From assembly GCA_951804945.1 (NCBI GenBank), contig OX638150.1, positions 45,260,001 through 45,324,000 on the forward strand: DNA of 64,000 bases, given 5' to 3'. Source of the stretch: Podarcis cretensis. Taxonomy: Eukaryota. The notes under the pieces were generated by a model. It searched no databases. It was not told the DNA's origin and saw only the letters and a list, made by a program, of their open reading frames with translations. Made by a program: the position numbers and the translations under genes. Shown piece after piece: positions 53,130-64,000 of this stretch. Each line of letters opens with the position of its first letter. Position 1 is the first letter of the stretch.

Positions 53130-54045
53130 TCTTTTACTAGACATGAGTATAAATCTTATAAATGAAACAACAACCATATACAAGTAATACTCCATTTGTT
53201 AACAAACAAAAAACTTTCTTATTCCTTTTAGTGAATTTTCCATTATGGTTCCAATCTCTCTTCTTTTATGGGGGGTGGGGGGGTGGATGGACCTTATCTG
53301 CTGACTTTAGGCTTTTTTTTTATCTAGGTCACTTTTCAGCTATTGCTTGAATTTATTCTGTCCTCATACCTCTCTGTGCTGTGCTCCATCACATCTAGCT
53401 TTAAGTTTTCATATTTAGCTGCTTTCTCCAGCCCAGTTTGTTCCTTTCTTTCACATTTCAGCTGCTGTTTTGACTTCCTTACTCAAATCCTGGCAAGTAA
53501 CCTTTTGTTCCCCTTGGATTGTGATTTTGGATTACTTTTCTGGTAAATAATTATTGGCTCCATCATGATTTGTCGTCCTTTAGTGCAGGGACAAAGAACC
53601 TGTAGCCCTCTCAGAGCAAACCATACTGGGCCTGAGAGTCACGGTGTGACTAAAATACATGATGACTATATACATTTGTTGTGGGAGCAGATGTGCACCC
53701 CTGAAAAATACCCTACTGTACCAGGCGAGGAGACAACAGAACTCAAGACCATGCTGAATAACTAAGGAATGACTAATACCAAGATAAACTAAACCTAAAC
53801 CCCTGAAAATAACCTAGCGTAACTGATTTTAAAGATTGTGTTGAGACCATTTTTAGTGTGCTGTGCACCCTAAAGTAAAGCACATAATCTATGGCAGAAA
53901 GCAAAAAATTGCCTAATCCCATGTTTCCAGAAGGTAAAAGTGCTTGAAAATGTTAGTAGTTGAATTTTGTTGTTGTTGTTATGCTGGTTTTTCTGTTGCT
54001 AAAAATACATTGTTATAGCTTCCGAGAATGATCTGCCATTTTTAA

Positions 54046-54088
54046 AACAAACAAACAAACAAACAAACAAACAAACAAACAAACAAAC
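54046..54088. repeat. (AAAC)n microsatellite
   Basis: About 11 units. Confidence 0.95.
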
Positions 54089-56239
54089 AGCAACACACCC
54101 TTACACCTTATCCAGGATACTTTGTGAGCAGAGTAACTTTGTGAGCAATAGAAGCTGACAGGAGCCAATGAAGCTGACAGGCTTATAACTGTGTGTAAGC
54201 TGCATGGTACCTGTTACAACTGTCTTATTCTTTCATGGCCACCTATTGTTTGATAATACATTTCTTTTTTAAAGTGACAGAAAAAGAGGGAGAGAATAAA
54301 AATTCTACCCCTAGTCCAGTTTCAGCAAATGCACAATACAGGTTGAGTAGTCTGTGAAATTGTGGGGCTGTGTCACGGAAGTTACTCCTACAAGGGTTAA
54401 TGAAATGGATGACAAGTCTGAAATGTAGAACTGCCACAATCCAGAGCTGCTGGCCAAGGCATGTGCCTGTGTGACACCATATCTTAGAATGAACTAACAA
54501 GGTCACTAACAATTGAAGGCTACTAGCTTGCGTCAGGGTAGTTTGGAAATTATGGAGAAAGAAAACCACACCGTGTGAACACGCCCCTTGCAAAAAGAAC
54601 TGCGGCACAATTTCCTCAATACGCTTTAAAAAATGCACCCTGCTGTCTCCATGGCAAGTCTTTACCACAGAGAGATTAAAGGATGCTGAAAATAAACAAA
54701 TAATATCTGACCAATTTTCCTTGTGATATGCAGTTCCTACGTTTAAATGGTGGGAAGCCTTTTTTTAAAAAGAAAAGCTTCACTTATCACAGCAGGTATT
54801 TCTTGACTGCAAACAGTCATATTGCACAAAAGTAGTATGCGTGCGGGGGGGGGGGGGGATAAAAGAATCCTAGGAAATAGAGTACAAGCAAAAAAGGCAA
54901 ACCATTTAAAACTTTGTGGTAATTCTGAACAATGCAGTAGCCATAACTCATCCAAAGGGGAATTAAAGTTGAGTATCGCAATTCTGAAAATTCCAAATAT
55001 TCCAGAAAAATCCTATTGGCCTTACAAGAAAACAGAAAGACACACACCAAAGTGGGTAAGGGGCTTCTGAAAAGATGCGTGTCCCTCATGAAGCAATAAC
55101 ATGGTGGTTGTAAAGAATATAGAGGATTAATGGTGCTTTAATTAAGTACTATAATGGGGATGAGACAAAGATGACTCTGAGACAGAACTCTTCATTACAT
55201 AGATCACAGCATTGTGACAAACAGGAAGAAGAAATAAACTGTTATCCTCAAAATCATCCTCACATCATTGAAATCAATGGTATGAGTGGGACATGATTAG
55301 CTGAATGTTTCCAAAATCATCTTAAATACTTTTCTGGTTGTATCTGCAAGCTACACACCATAGCTTTTACATATGGATGGTGTCATCTGAAAACCAGTAT
55401 CCAGCAATTCCTGGGTTTCTTTGTTTTATTTATTTATACATTTAATGAGAGAAACCGGTGTTCTGTGAACTGCAGAAAAACATCTGTTTGCCTCTGGCAC
55501 AGAGGCTCATTTGTTAACACACAGCTAATATTGGAACACGGGGGGGGGGGGGGAGTTGGTGGAAAGGGAAAAGTTTGAATTGACGGATAACGTAGAAATA
55601 AATTTTGTCCACTTAATAAAATAAAAAAGGAGGGAAAGACCAATGCATGCACTACAATTCTATTTTTCTGGGAGAACATGTCCCAAGGCTCTGCAGTCAG
55701 GACTGAGTTATATAATATTGAAAAGAAAAGTGGTGAAGGACATAGGCAAGAGTGCAGAGAAGACTGGGAGCCTGAAGGCATGGGAACCAGGGATATTAAA
55801 ACAACAACAACATTCATGTAAACAGGTTTTCCCTCTTCCACTGTCCTCAACCCACTTACACCCCCTTCAGAAAAATTGTTCCTGGGATAGTACAGGGAGT
55901 GAAATTAAGATGGAGGAAGCAGTTGGTATAAACTGGGTCCTCCTTATGTGAAAGGAGGAGGAAAACGAAACCAATCCATTTGGCAGGAATTGGTGCAAGG
56001 CTGCTGTGGAGGAAAGGAGGAAACAATGGATAAGGGCACCCAGGGACTAGGAAGATTTGTAAGAAGCCCAAAAATTTGCTCAGCAGCAGAAGATGGTGGG
56101 GAGGGTAGTGGAGTTGCCCTGCAGGTTGGGGATGGGCAAGGTAGTGGCAAGGTTGAGGGAGCTCTGGGTTGGTGACAACACCATCCAGCTGCATCCCAGG
56201 AAGTGTTATGTCACTGGGAGGCTGATTTGTTATTCCCTA

Positions 56240-56580
56240 ACGTGGGTGGCGCTGTGGTCTAAACCACAGAGTCTAGGACTTGCCGATCAGAAGGTCGGCA
56301 GTTTGAAACCCCACAATGGGGTGAGCTCCCGTTGCTCAGTTCCTGCTCCTGCCAACCTAGCAGTTCAAAAGCATGTCAAAGTGCAAATAGATAAATAGGT
56401 ACCGCTCTGGCGGGAAGGTAAACAGCATTTCTGTGCGCTGCTCAGAATGCGGCTTAGTCATGCTGGCCACATGACCCGGAAGCTGTACGCCGGCTCCCTC
56501 GGCCACTAAAGCAAGATGAGCACCACAACCCCAGAGTCGTTCGCGACTGGACCTAACAGTCAGGGGTCCCTTTACCTTTA
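56240..56580 (+). mobile_element. Sauria SINE
   Basis: Same head and body as the other copies; ends ggggtccctttaccttta. Confidence 0.92.
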
Positions 56581-58169
56581 CACGTCAGGATACATTAATC
56601 AACAAGAGGCAGGCTAAAGATCCTGGCTTGTTATGAAGCAGTAAGCCTTGCTCTGGGTTTGGATGTAATAGAAACATGCTACTCATGCAGAATAAATGAT
56701 GATAAGCCAGCAAACCTGGCTTACCATAATGTGCAAATTTCATTTCTGCTGTATATCTAAGCCAGAAATCTGAAGGATCAGAAAGCAAGGACAAATGTGC
56801 ATAAGCACTCTTGCTTTTCCTTAATTTAAACATTTTCCTATGCTGTGAATTCTGATCCCACCTTCAGATTACCTTGTTCTAGTATGCCAATATTGTTATA
56901 AGCAACTGGCACTAATTTTTATTTAAAATAAATGGCTTGTTCTACACTTACCCAACCAATCCATTCATCCATATACCTGCCCACACACTTCTTCCCAGGT
57001 GTGACCCTGGAATAAACTACAGGAATAATAGCCATCTATACTTTCTCTCTAACTAATTGTAGAATTTACTTAATGTCTTTCTTCTGTGTTGTAGTGCCAT
57101 TTTTGTACCTTCAAGTGCCGTTTCAGTTGTTTTTCATATATCCTAAATGTGCTTTGCAGAAAGCAATTTTAGGGTTGCCTTATGACCTAATTCACCTACA
57201 CAGAAAATATTGCACTCGCTTTACACACATATACTTTGCACCAAACTAAATGAAATGTAAGGCATTCCATCCTGCTGATACTATATAAAAAAGCACAAAG
57301 CTGGCAATATGTCTTATAAATTGTGCTAGTACTTTCTCAGACAGATATAAGTGGAAGGAAAATTTGCCTTCCCATAGTATTTCATGTTGCTGTTACTAAT
57401 TCTGGGTCATTATTGCTGAACTGGAAACAACCGCAGAATATTGAGAAATCCAGGTCACAGGGAGGAATTCAACATCATGCTATTTTGATCGTTCTATCAG
57501 CTCCTGCGTTTTTGCTTACCAGATGGAACAAGCACCCTCTTCTCCTCCCTGCACACTGGTCTGGGAGAATCTTCTGATCCTCCAAAGTGGATTAGAGGAG
57601 GATACACACAGGGAGAGGAGAAGGAAGTCCCATTGCATTAATGGGAGCCCTTGGGTTGGCTTCTGGTAGTTCACCAGGTTATATGAATCTGGGCCACAGT
57701 TTCCACTAATATAATTCAATGGTTTCGTTTTTCTCTGTTTGCTAACAATGCACCATTGCTAGTTATATATCACACACACATAATTAATCATACATGTATA
57801 CTCAATAAGCAAAGGCAGCAATTATTAATTATCCTTAAATATTACAAGTAAAATACTGAAAAATGCATTGGGTAGGTTAAACATCAAAGTGTGGTTTCAT
57901 GGCAGGATTCAGCATCATTTGGCCAATTAAAAATAATAATAATGGAGGGACTCATCAATTCAGTGCCACACGGAACCATGACACCACAGCTCATTAACAA
58001 ACCACAAAGGAGTGCTTAGAATGCAGAAGGAAGGGTTGGAATTCAAGCAATAGTGGATGGGCATAAACTGTCAGCTTTGTATTAAGGCCTAAACAACACC
58101 CACCCACCCACCTACCTTTAAGGTAACTCAGCACTAGGGATGCTTGAATCTGTCAATTTCAGAATCTCT

Positions 58170-58231
58170 GTTTCTCATTTTTCCAATCAATAGGTGATTG
58201 ATACCACCTATTGATTGGAAAAATGAGAAAC
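58170..58231. repeat. Perfect inverted repeat, 27-bp arms with 8-nt spacer
   Basis: gtttctcatttttccaatcaataggtg-attgatac-cacctattgattggaaaaatgagaaac. Confidence 0.95.
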
Positions 58232-58237
58232 TGAGAG

Positions 58238-58239
<2 letters not shown>

Positions 58240-58273
<34 letters not shown>
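58240..58273. repeat. (TA)n microsatellite
   Basis: About 17 units, directly after the inverted repeat. Confidence 0.95.
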
Positions 58274-58277
<4 letters not shown>

Positions 58278-59075
58278 CCAGGATTATATGCTACTTTCTC
58301 CTAATATACACATTTCTGTATTGTATGCAATTTTGCCTTATACAAACATTTGTGTTTGTGATTTTCATTAAAATATGTGTTTTTATGCCATTTTGTATGT
58401 GAAGTGTGAATTTTGAAGGGTGGCCGTATTTCACTTCGCTTATTGTTTCAAAAAGTGCAAATCACGTAAGATTACATTTAAATGCAAACTGAAATGGAAT
58501 CCATCCCAGTTCCTCTCCAGCACCTTATCCTCCTGCATGAGTGCTTCAACAAGCATACCTAATCAACTGAATATGTCAACTAACTTGCTGCACACAATGC
58601 TTACTTATAAATTTATCATTCATGTTTTATGTTCTTGTGCAGAAAATGCAGAATTTGCAATATAAACACTGGGGGGGGGAATCAAATATATGAATCAGTA
58701 CAAAGAAGCAGGAAATAATAATTAAAGTAAATACACATGATAAAGCAATCACGTTTGCACTGGGAAGCCTAATTACAGTGGTACATACACCATCTACTTC
58801 AGTGACCAACCTAAACCCTTCATTTAAAAAACCTGAAACACATAGCAATCCTGTTCAGCGGCAGAAAATGATAAGGAATTGATAGTAATCCTCATGCTCC
58901 TCGCATGAACTCCAAAAGACATTTGAGTGAGACTTTTAAAGCTGAAAATTGTCCATCAAACACACAAAATAAGTTCCTCTAATCCTTGTGCCACAAATTA
59001 CTAATCCATCTGGAGAGCTAAATTTGTTTTGTGTGTTTACAAGGATCTAAATGTCATCAGACACACAAACAACTA

Positions 59076-59273
<198 letters not shown>

Positions 59274-62130
59274 CTAGTTTTGTGGATTTTGTTCAATCTG
59301 CTTGAAATACAGGCAGATTCTCAAGGTCCAAGAAAAGTCAAGAAAACAAGCCATATTTGCAAGAAAACAATCAATATTTTTGCCTGATTTTAGAACAAGC
59401 TGAATGCCATTTATATTGCTTTATGAGGCATTAGTCTTTTTTAGTCAGGATTTCACTTCCAGTGGTCATAAGCCAATGGTGGGTGGGCCACAGGCAAAAA
59501 GTGGGAGGAGCATGTACCTTACCTTTGCACAATAGCTATGAAAAAGAAATAGGTTTCTACATATACGCACACACCCTTCTATCCTCAGTCCAGGTAAACA
59601 AAAGGCATCATCACAGTTAAATGACGCATTCTAGCCTTGGGGAGGGAATGCAGTATGGTAAGTGAGAAGTATGGTCTGGGAAGGAAGTTTGGATGAAAAA
59701 TAGTCCCTGCTAAGTGCAGATAATTATAGAACATCACCACAATGGGCCACCATCCCAAAAAATGGTCACACAACTTGTGGTTGTGTGAATCACTCTTTAG
59801 GCTTCTGAATCTCAGATGAATTAAAAACCCAACAAGCAAGTTTTCTGGAACCAGTTCCTCTCACATACTGCGACAAAGAACGACATACATTGAGACAGAG
59901 CTTTTTGTACAGCACCATCTCAGAAGAGCATGATGTCTCATGTATCCTGCAGTCTGCTGGAAAGATGCAGAACTGTCCGTGACTAATATTTCTTGCTAGT
60001 TCTGCCAGGGAAAGGGAAAGGAGTAGTGAGAGTGAGTAACTCTTCTGTGAAACCCATCATGAAGTTGTGTAGCCCTTTGGTGCTGAAACGCCACAGCCAA
60101 CCAAATCTATAGAGAAATTACCCTTTTCTGGCCTTTTATCTCTCACAGAAGCCATGGCTCTACCACCTTTTTCCCCCTTTCCCTTTCCTTAAAGACTACA
60201 GCTTGGTTTGAGGTTTTGAATTTTAATAGAAAATTCTAATAATTGTATTTTTCTTCACAAACACAGCTTTCCTTACTCATACCTAATAGGGTGTTGGCTT
60301 CCCCACTTCCACACAAAAGAGTATATAAACTTATGGCAAACATTCTGAGAAAATTTTCTGAGAAAACTTGTCCACAAAATATGTACAGTAAGGTAAGTAT
60401 TTAAAGTTCCTAGTTTCCTACCCGCCGCACCCAGCAGAAAACAGGTATGCAATCAGAGGACAGATTTGAGTTCCTCATTAGCAATCTTCAGTATAAAATA
60501 ATTTTCTGCACCTGATTTCATACTTTTATTAAAACCCTTATCAGAAGTCTCCAATGTGCAATGACTAAGCTCTGGTGACTCTCGTGTCTGAAATAGTTAC
60601 AAAAGCTGTGCACTTGTAGCTCTCCCCAATGTTCACTTCTGCTTCTTGGAAGCATGCCTGCTTTGTGACAGTTGGAAAGGCTGGCAGCAGACCCAGTTAT
60701 AATATATGGAAATCTGAGGACAAAACTGCCTTGTGATTAATTTCTCTCCTGCACGGAGAGATCAGCTTTGAAGAAAAATGGTTATGGCTTTTAGCAACAG
60801 TATTTTCTTCTTTTCTTTTAATTTGCTGCCTGTTGTGAAATTCAGGATAATTCTGTTTCCAGGTCCCTTGTGGAAAAAATAAAATAAATTCAAAGCTTCC
60901 CTTCTACTTGGGCATAAAGATGAAATGGGGCATTTTAAGAAACCTTGAATTATAGTGACATAATCCCCGCTCCCCAACATGTGAACTTTTCAACAGATTT
61001 GGGACTTGAAAGTACTTGGTCTAGCTTGTGGGGTGGAAAAAAATACTACCACAATCTGCTATTCTTCTGCTTTGCTTTGTTTTGCTTCTGGACTTTTTCA
61101 ATCCAGGTGAATGAAAGAGCTTGTGCCCATGGATGAAATAAAGCAAAAAAGAGATGTTGATATGATGTTTCACACCATATCTCTTGGTTCATGGTTGGAG
61201 AAGGGAATTACAGTGTGCAAGCTCAGATGTTAACAGCAATGATCAGAATCTTATTGACCATGAGAATCATGTGATACCAGAAATCCAATATACTGTCCTT
61301 GCCTGCTCTATGAACACCTAAATGGAGCAGGGTCTATGAGGCACAGTGAGGCGACCACCTCAGGCAGCAGAGTCCACTTGGGGCAACAGACCCCAATGTC
61401 AATCTTTCTTTCCCTTTGCCTTGTTCCTGATGTAGATCTTCCCTGATCCCTTCTTCCCTGGCATGGAGGAGGGATGCCATTTTGGAGTCTGCCTCAGGTG
61501 TCAAAATGTCATGGGCCAGCACTGATGTGGTGTAATACAGCATCATTGCACTCTACGTATAGAATCAAACTGGGGATACCCAAGTTCAAATCTCAGCCAT
61601 GATGTTCACTGGTTGAATTTGAGCTAGTCTGTTTATTTCAGCTTAAACTATACAATAAGGCATTGCTTGTAGCTGCCTGTGTCCACCTCTTGAGAACTGT
61701 AGGAACTGTAGTTCACCCCTCACACTGCTACGATTCCCAGCACCCTCAACAAACTACGTTCACAGGATTCTTTAGGGGAAGCCGTGTGCTCTAAATATAT
61801 GGTGTGTATGCAAACTTCTTCTTCACCTTGTGCCTTGTTTCATCAGCCTTCTGCATTTTTAATGCTCACATCCACTTTTACTATCTCTTTCTGCCAGATT
61901 GTATTGGCCTACATACAACTATTATCGACTTTAATCTCAAGGAAATAAATGTTAGATGGGATCGTTTTATTCATCCATCAAATTAGATTACTGCTATTTT
62001 AAGCACCCCGCCAGCAAATGGTGCTCCTCAGTACAATTTGTTCATAGAATTTATTAAATAAGTTACTTAAGTTTTTTAAATAAAAAACTAGGCAGGGCTG
62101 TATCAGAAAGTTTTTAATGTCTTATATATG

Positions 62131-62190
62131 CTGTAAGTCACTCAGAGTGGCCGGGGAAACCCAGCCAGATGCGGTATAAATAATAAGCGC

Positions 62191-62231
<41 letters not shown>
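62131..62231 (+). mobile_element. L2-type 3' end with (TTA)n
   Basis: ctgtaagtcactcagagtggccggggaaacccagccagatgcggtataaataataa followed by (tta)n. Confidence 0.6.
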
Positions 62232-64000
62232 TCCAAACTTTCATGGGCCTCTTTTTTGTGTCTTACAAATAAAATAAAAATGAAATTGAAACCAAAAGAC
62301 ATTTTGGCTAATGCAAAAATTGTATGCCATCTGCAGTCTGTCCTGCTACATAAATACAGTACAGACCAGCATCTAAGTGGTCACTTCATCATCAGGTTCA
62401 AGCTTAAACTCTTTAACCTCACAATAAGCACTCAGGTGACTGGCATATTTCACTGTGACTCCAGTCATTGAAACAAAAGGTCTTCTAAGCTAGACATCTG
62501 CAGAATCACAATTTGTAGTCTATGTAGGAGGATTGCTGTGATTCTATGATTCTATAACTCACAGAAGCCACAGTAGAAACAGAGCATTTGGCCATAACAC
62601 AGAGGAAAGCTGAGAAACAGACACATAATTGAGTTAAGAATACAGTCTATCACTTGAGTGATTTTAATAACAAATACAGCTATAGTTATGGGGTCATTAG
62701 ATGTGTCTGGTGTAGGAGTTGATGGCCCTATGTCAAAACCCGAAAAATGTAGCTAGACTAGGAGACAGCTCATATGTTTAAAGAAATGGCTGAATAAATC
62801 TGAGTGATGTGTATGCTTCTTCTTTTCCTACACAAAGAGCTATGTGAGATTAGGACTAACTGTTTGGGCCAGCATATCTGCTATTAGTTACCTACCTACC
62901 TACCTACCCATGTATCAAATTTATATCCTGCCCTCCTTCCCAAAGGAGCCCAGGGCAACAAACATATCTGTAATAAAAGCACAATGTGTGTGTGTGTGCG
63001 CGCACACTCACTCTCTCTCTCACACACACATTTTAAAACTGTTTAGAAATCTAAAAAACAATGAAACACAATAAAACATGTCTGAATAGGCCTGCCAAAA
63101 GATCTTTTCAGAAACCTAAAATAATGTGATGCCTTCAGGAAGTTCCAAAATATAGGTGTTGCCACGCTATAGGGAAGCACAGAATGGACACTGAACAACA
63201 TTTGTAGAAGTGCAAGTTCTGAAGATTGAAGTGATCAAGTAGACTTAAAGTAAACTCTGCACAAAAATTCTACAGAACCCCCATACAAAATGCATTTTAT
63301 TGGTTCGAGATCTCATTAAACAGCTGCCACTACATCTCTCTTTAATATTTTTTTAAGTCTGTTTTGATAAGGATAGCACCTTGATGTGGAAATCACTTAG
63401 TATACATTACCCTCCTTAAAGCATCGCCACCATTAATTTAATAACATTCTAATTTTACTTTAATTTTCCCCCACTGCTCAATTCAGTACTGAAGTCCATA
63501 AAAAAACTTCTAATGCTTTCACTTGAATTGGAAAGTGCCTCCTCTGTCCACTATCCATTCCCTAGTTCTTTCTATCTTCCTTACCGCTAAGACACTGCAC
63601 ATTGTCCCAGCAATCTTGTAGATGACAGATTTAGATTGTATTGAAAATCAGATGAACAGATGAAGCTTAGAGGAAATTAAATGAGGTGAAACAGGCAAGA
63701 AGTGAACAGATGAGACAGATGAAATCTCTCACTCCGTTAGCAAATAAATATACAAAAGTTGCAAACAGAACATTTAACATAACTAATGCAATTTTGTGGG
63801 ATGGAAACCCTTATTTATTTTTTTAAGGCAGAGAAAGAAAGATGGTCGAAAAAAATAATGGCATCTTAAGCGTGGGGACATTCCTAACATTTCAATTTCC
63901 TGCATATTTTGTGGCTGTACATGTAATCTTTCTATCACATTTGTTCATAGTAAAAATAATTGCTGAGGAAAGTGTTGGGGAGTAGGGTTTTGAACACTAT

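Overview
Vertebrate genomic DNA, AT-rich and CpG-depleted. The repeat content (Sauria SINEs, CR1, L2, Tc1/mariner and hAT MITEs, a Penelope-like remnant) points to a squamate, probably a lacertid lizard. The window holds the 3' half of GABRB2 (GABA-A receptor beta-2) on the minus strand. There are five constitutive coding exons (59168-59250, 28585-28722, 26805-26957, 23636-23880, 7662-8009), all flanked by AG/GT splice sites with compatible phases, and a probable 3' UTR of several kb. The N-terminal exons lie beyond the right edge. Main observation: a 111-nt in-frame cassette exon at 17437-17547 matches the mammalian beta-2L long-isoform insert. It is the exact codon-register antisense of the reverse-transcriptase core of an ancient, decayed CR1/L3 LINE, and both of its splice sites come from RT codons. 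This suggests the beta-2L insert is a LINE exaptation older than the mammal-reptile split. The same M3-M4 intron also carries an AmnSINE1-like element, a candidate 51-nt exon with an in-frame stop, and a CpG-retaining block with an RFX X-box. Most other ORFs in the track are chance frames or TE remnants. Repeat family names and human protein comparisons are from memory; no database search was run.
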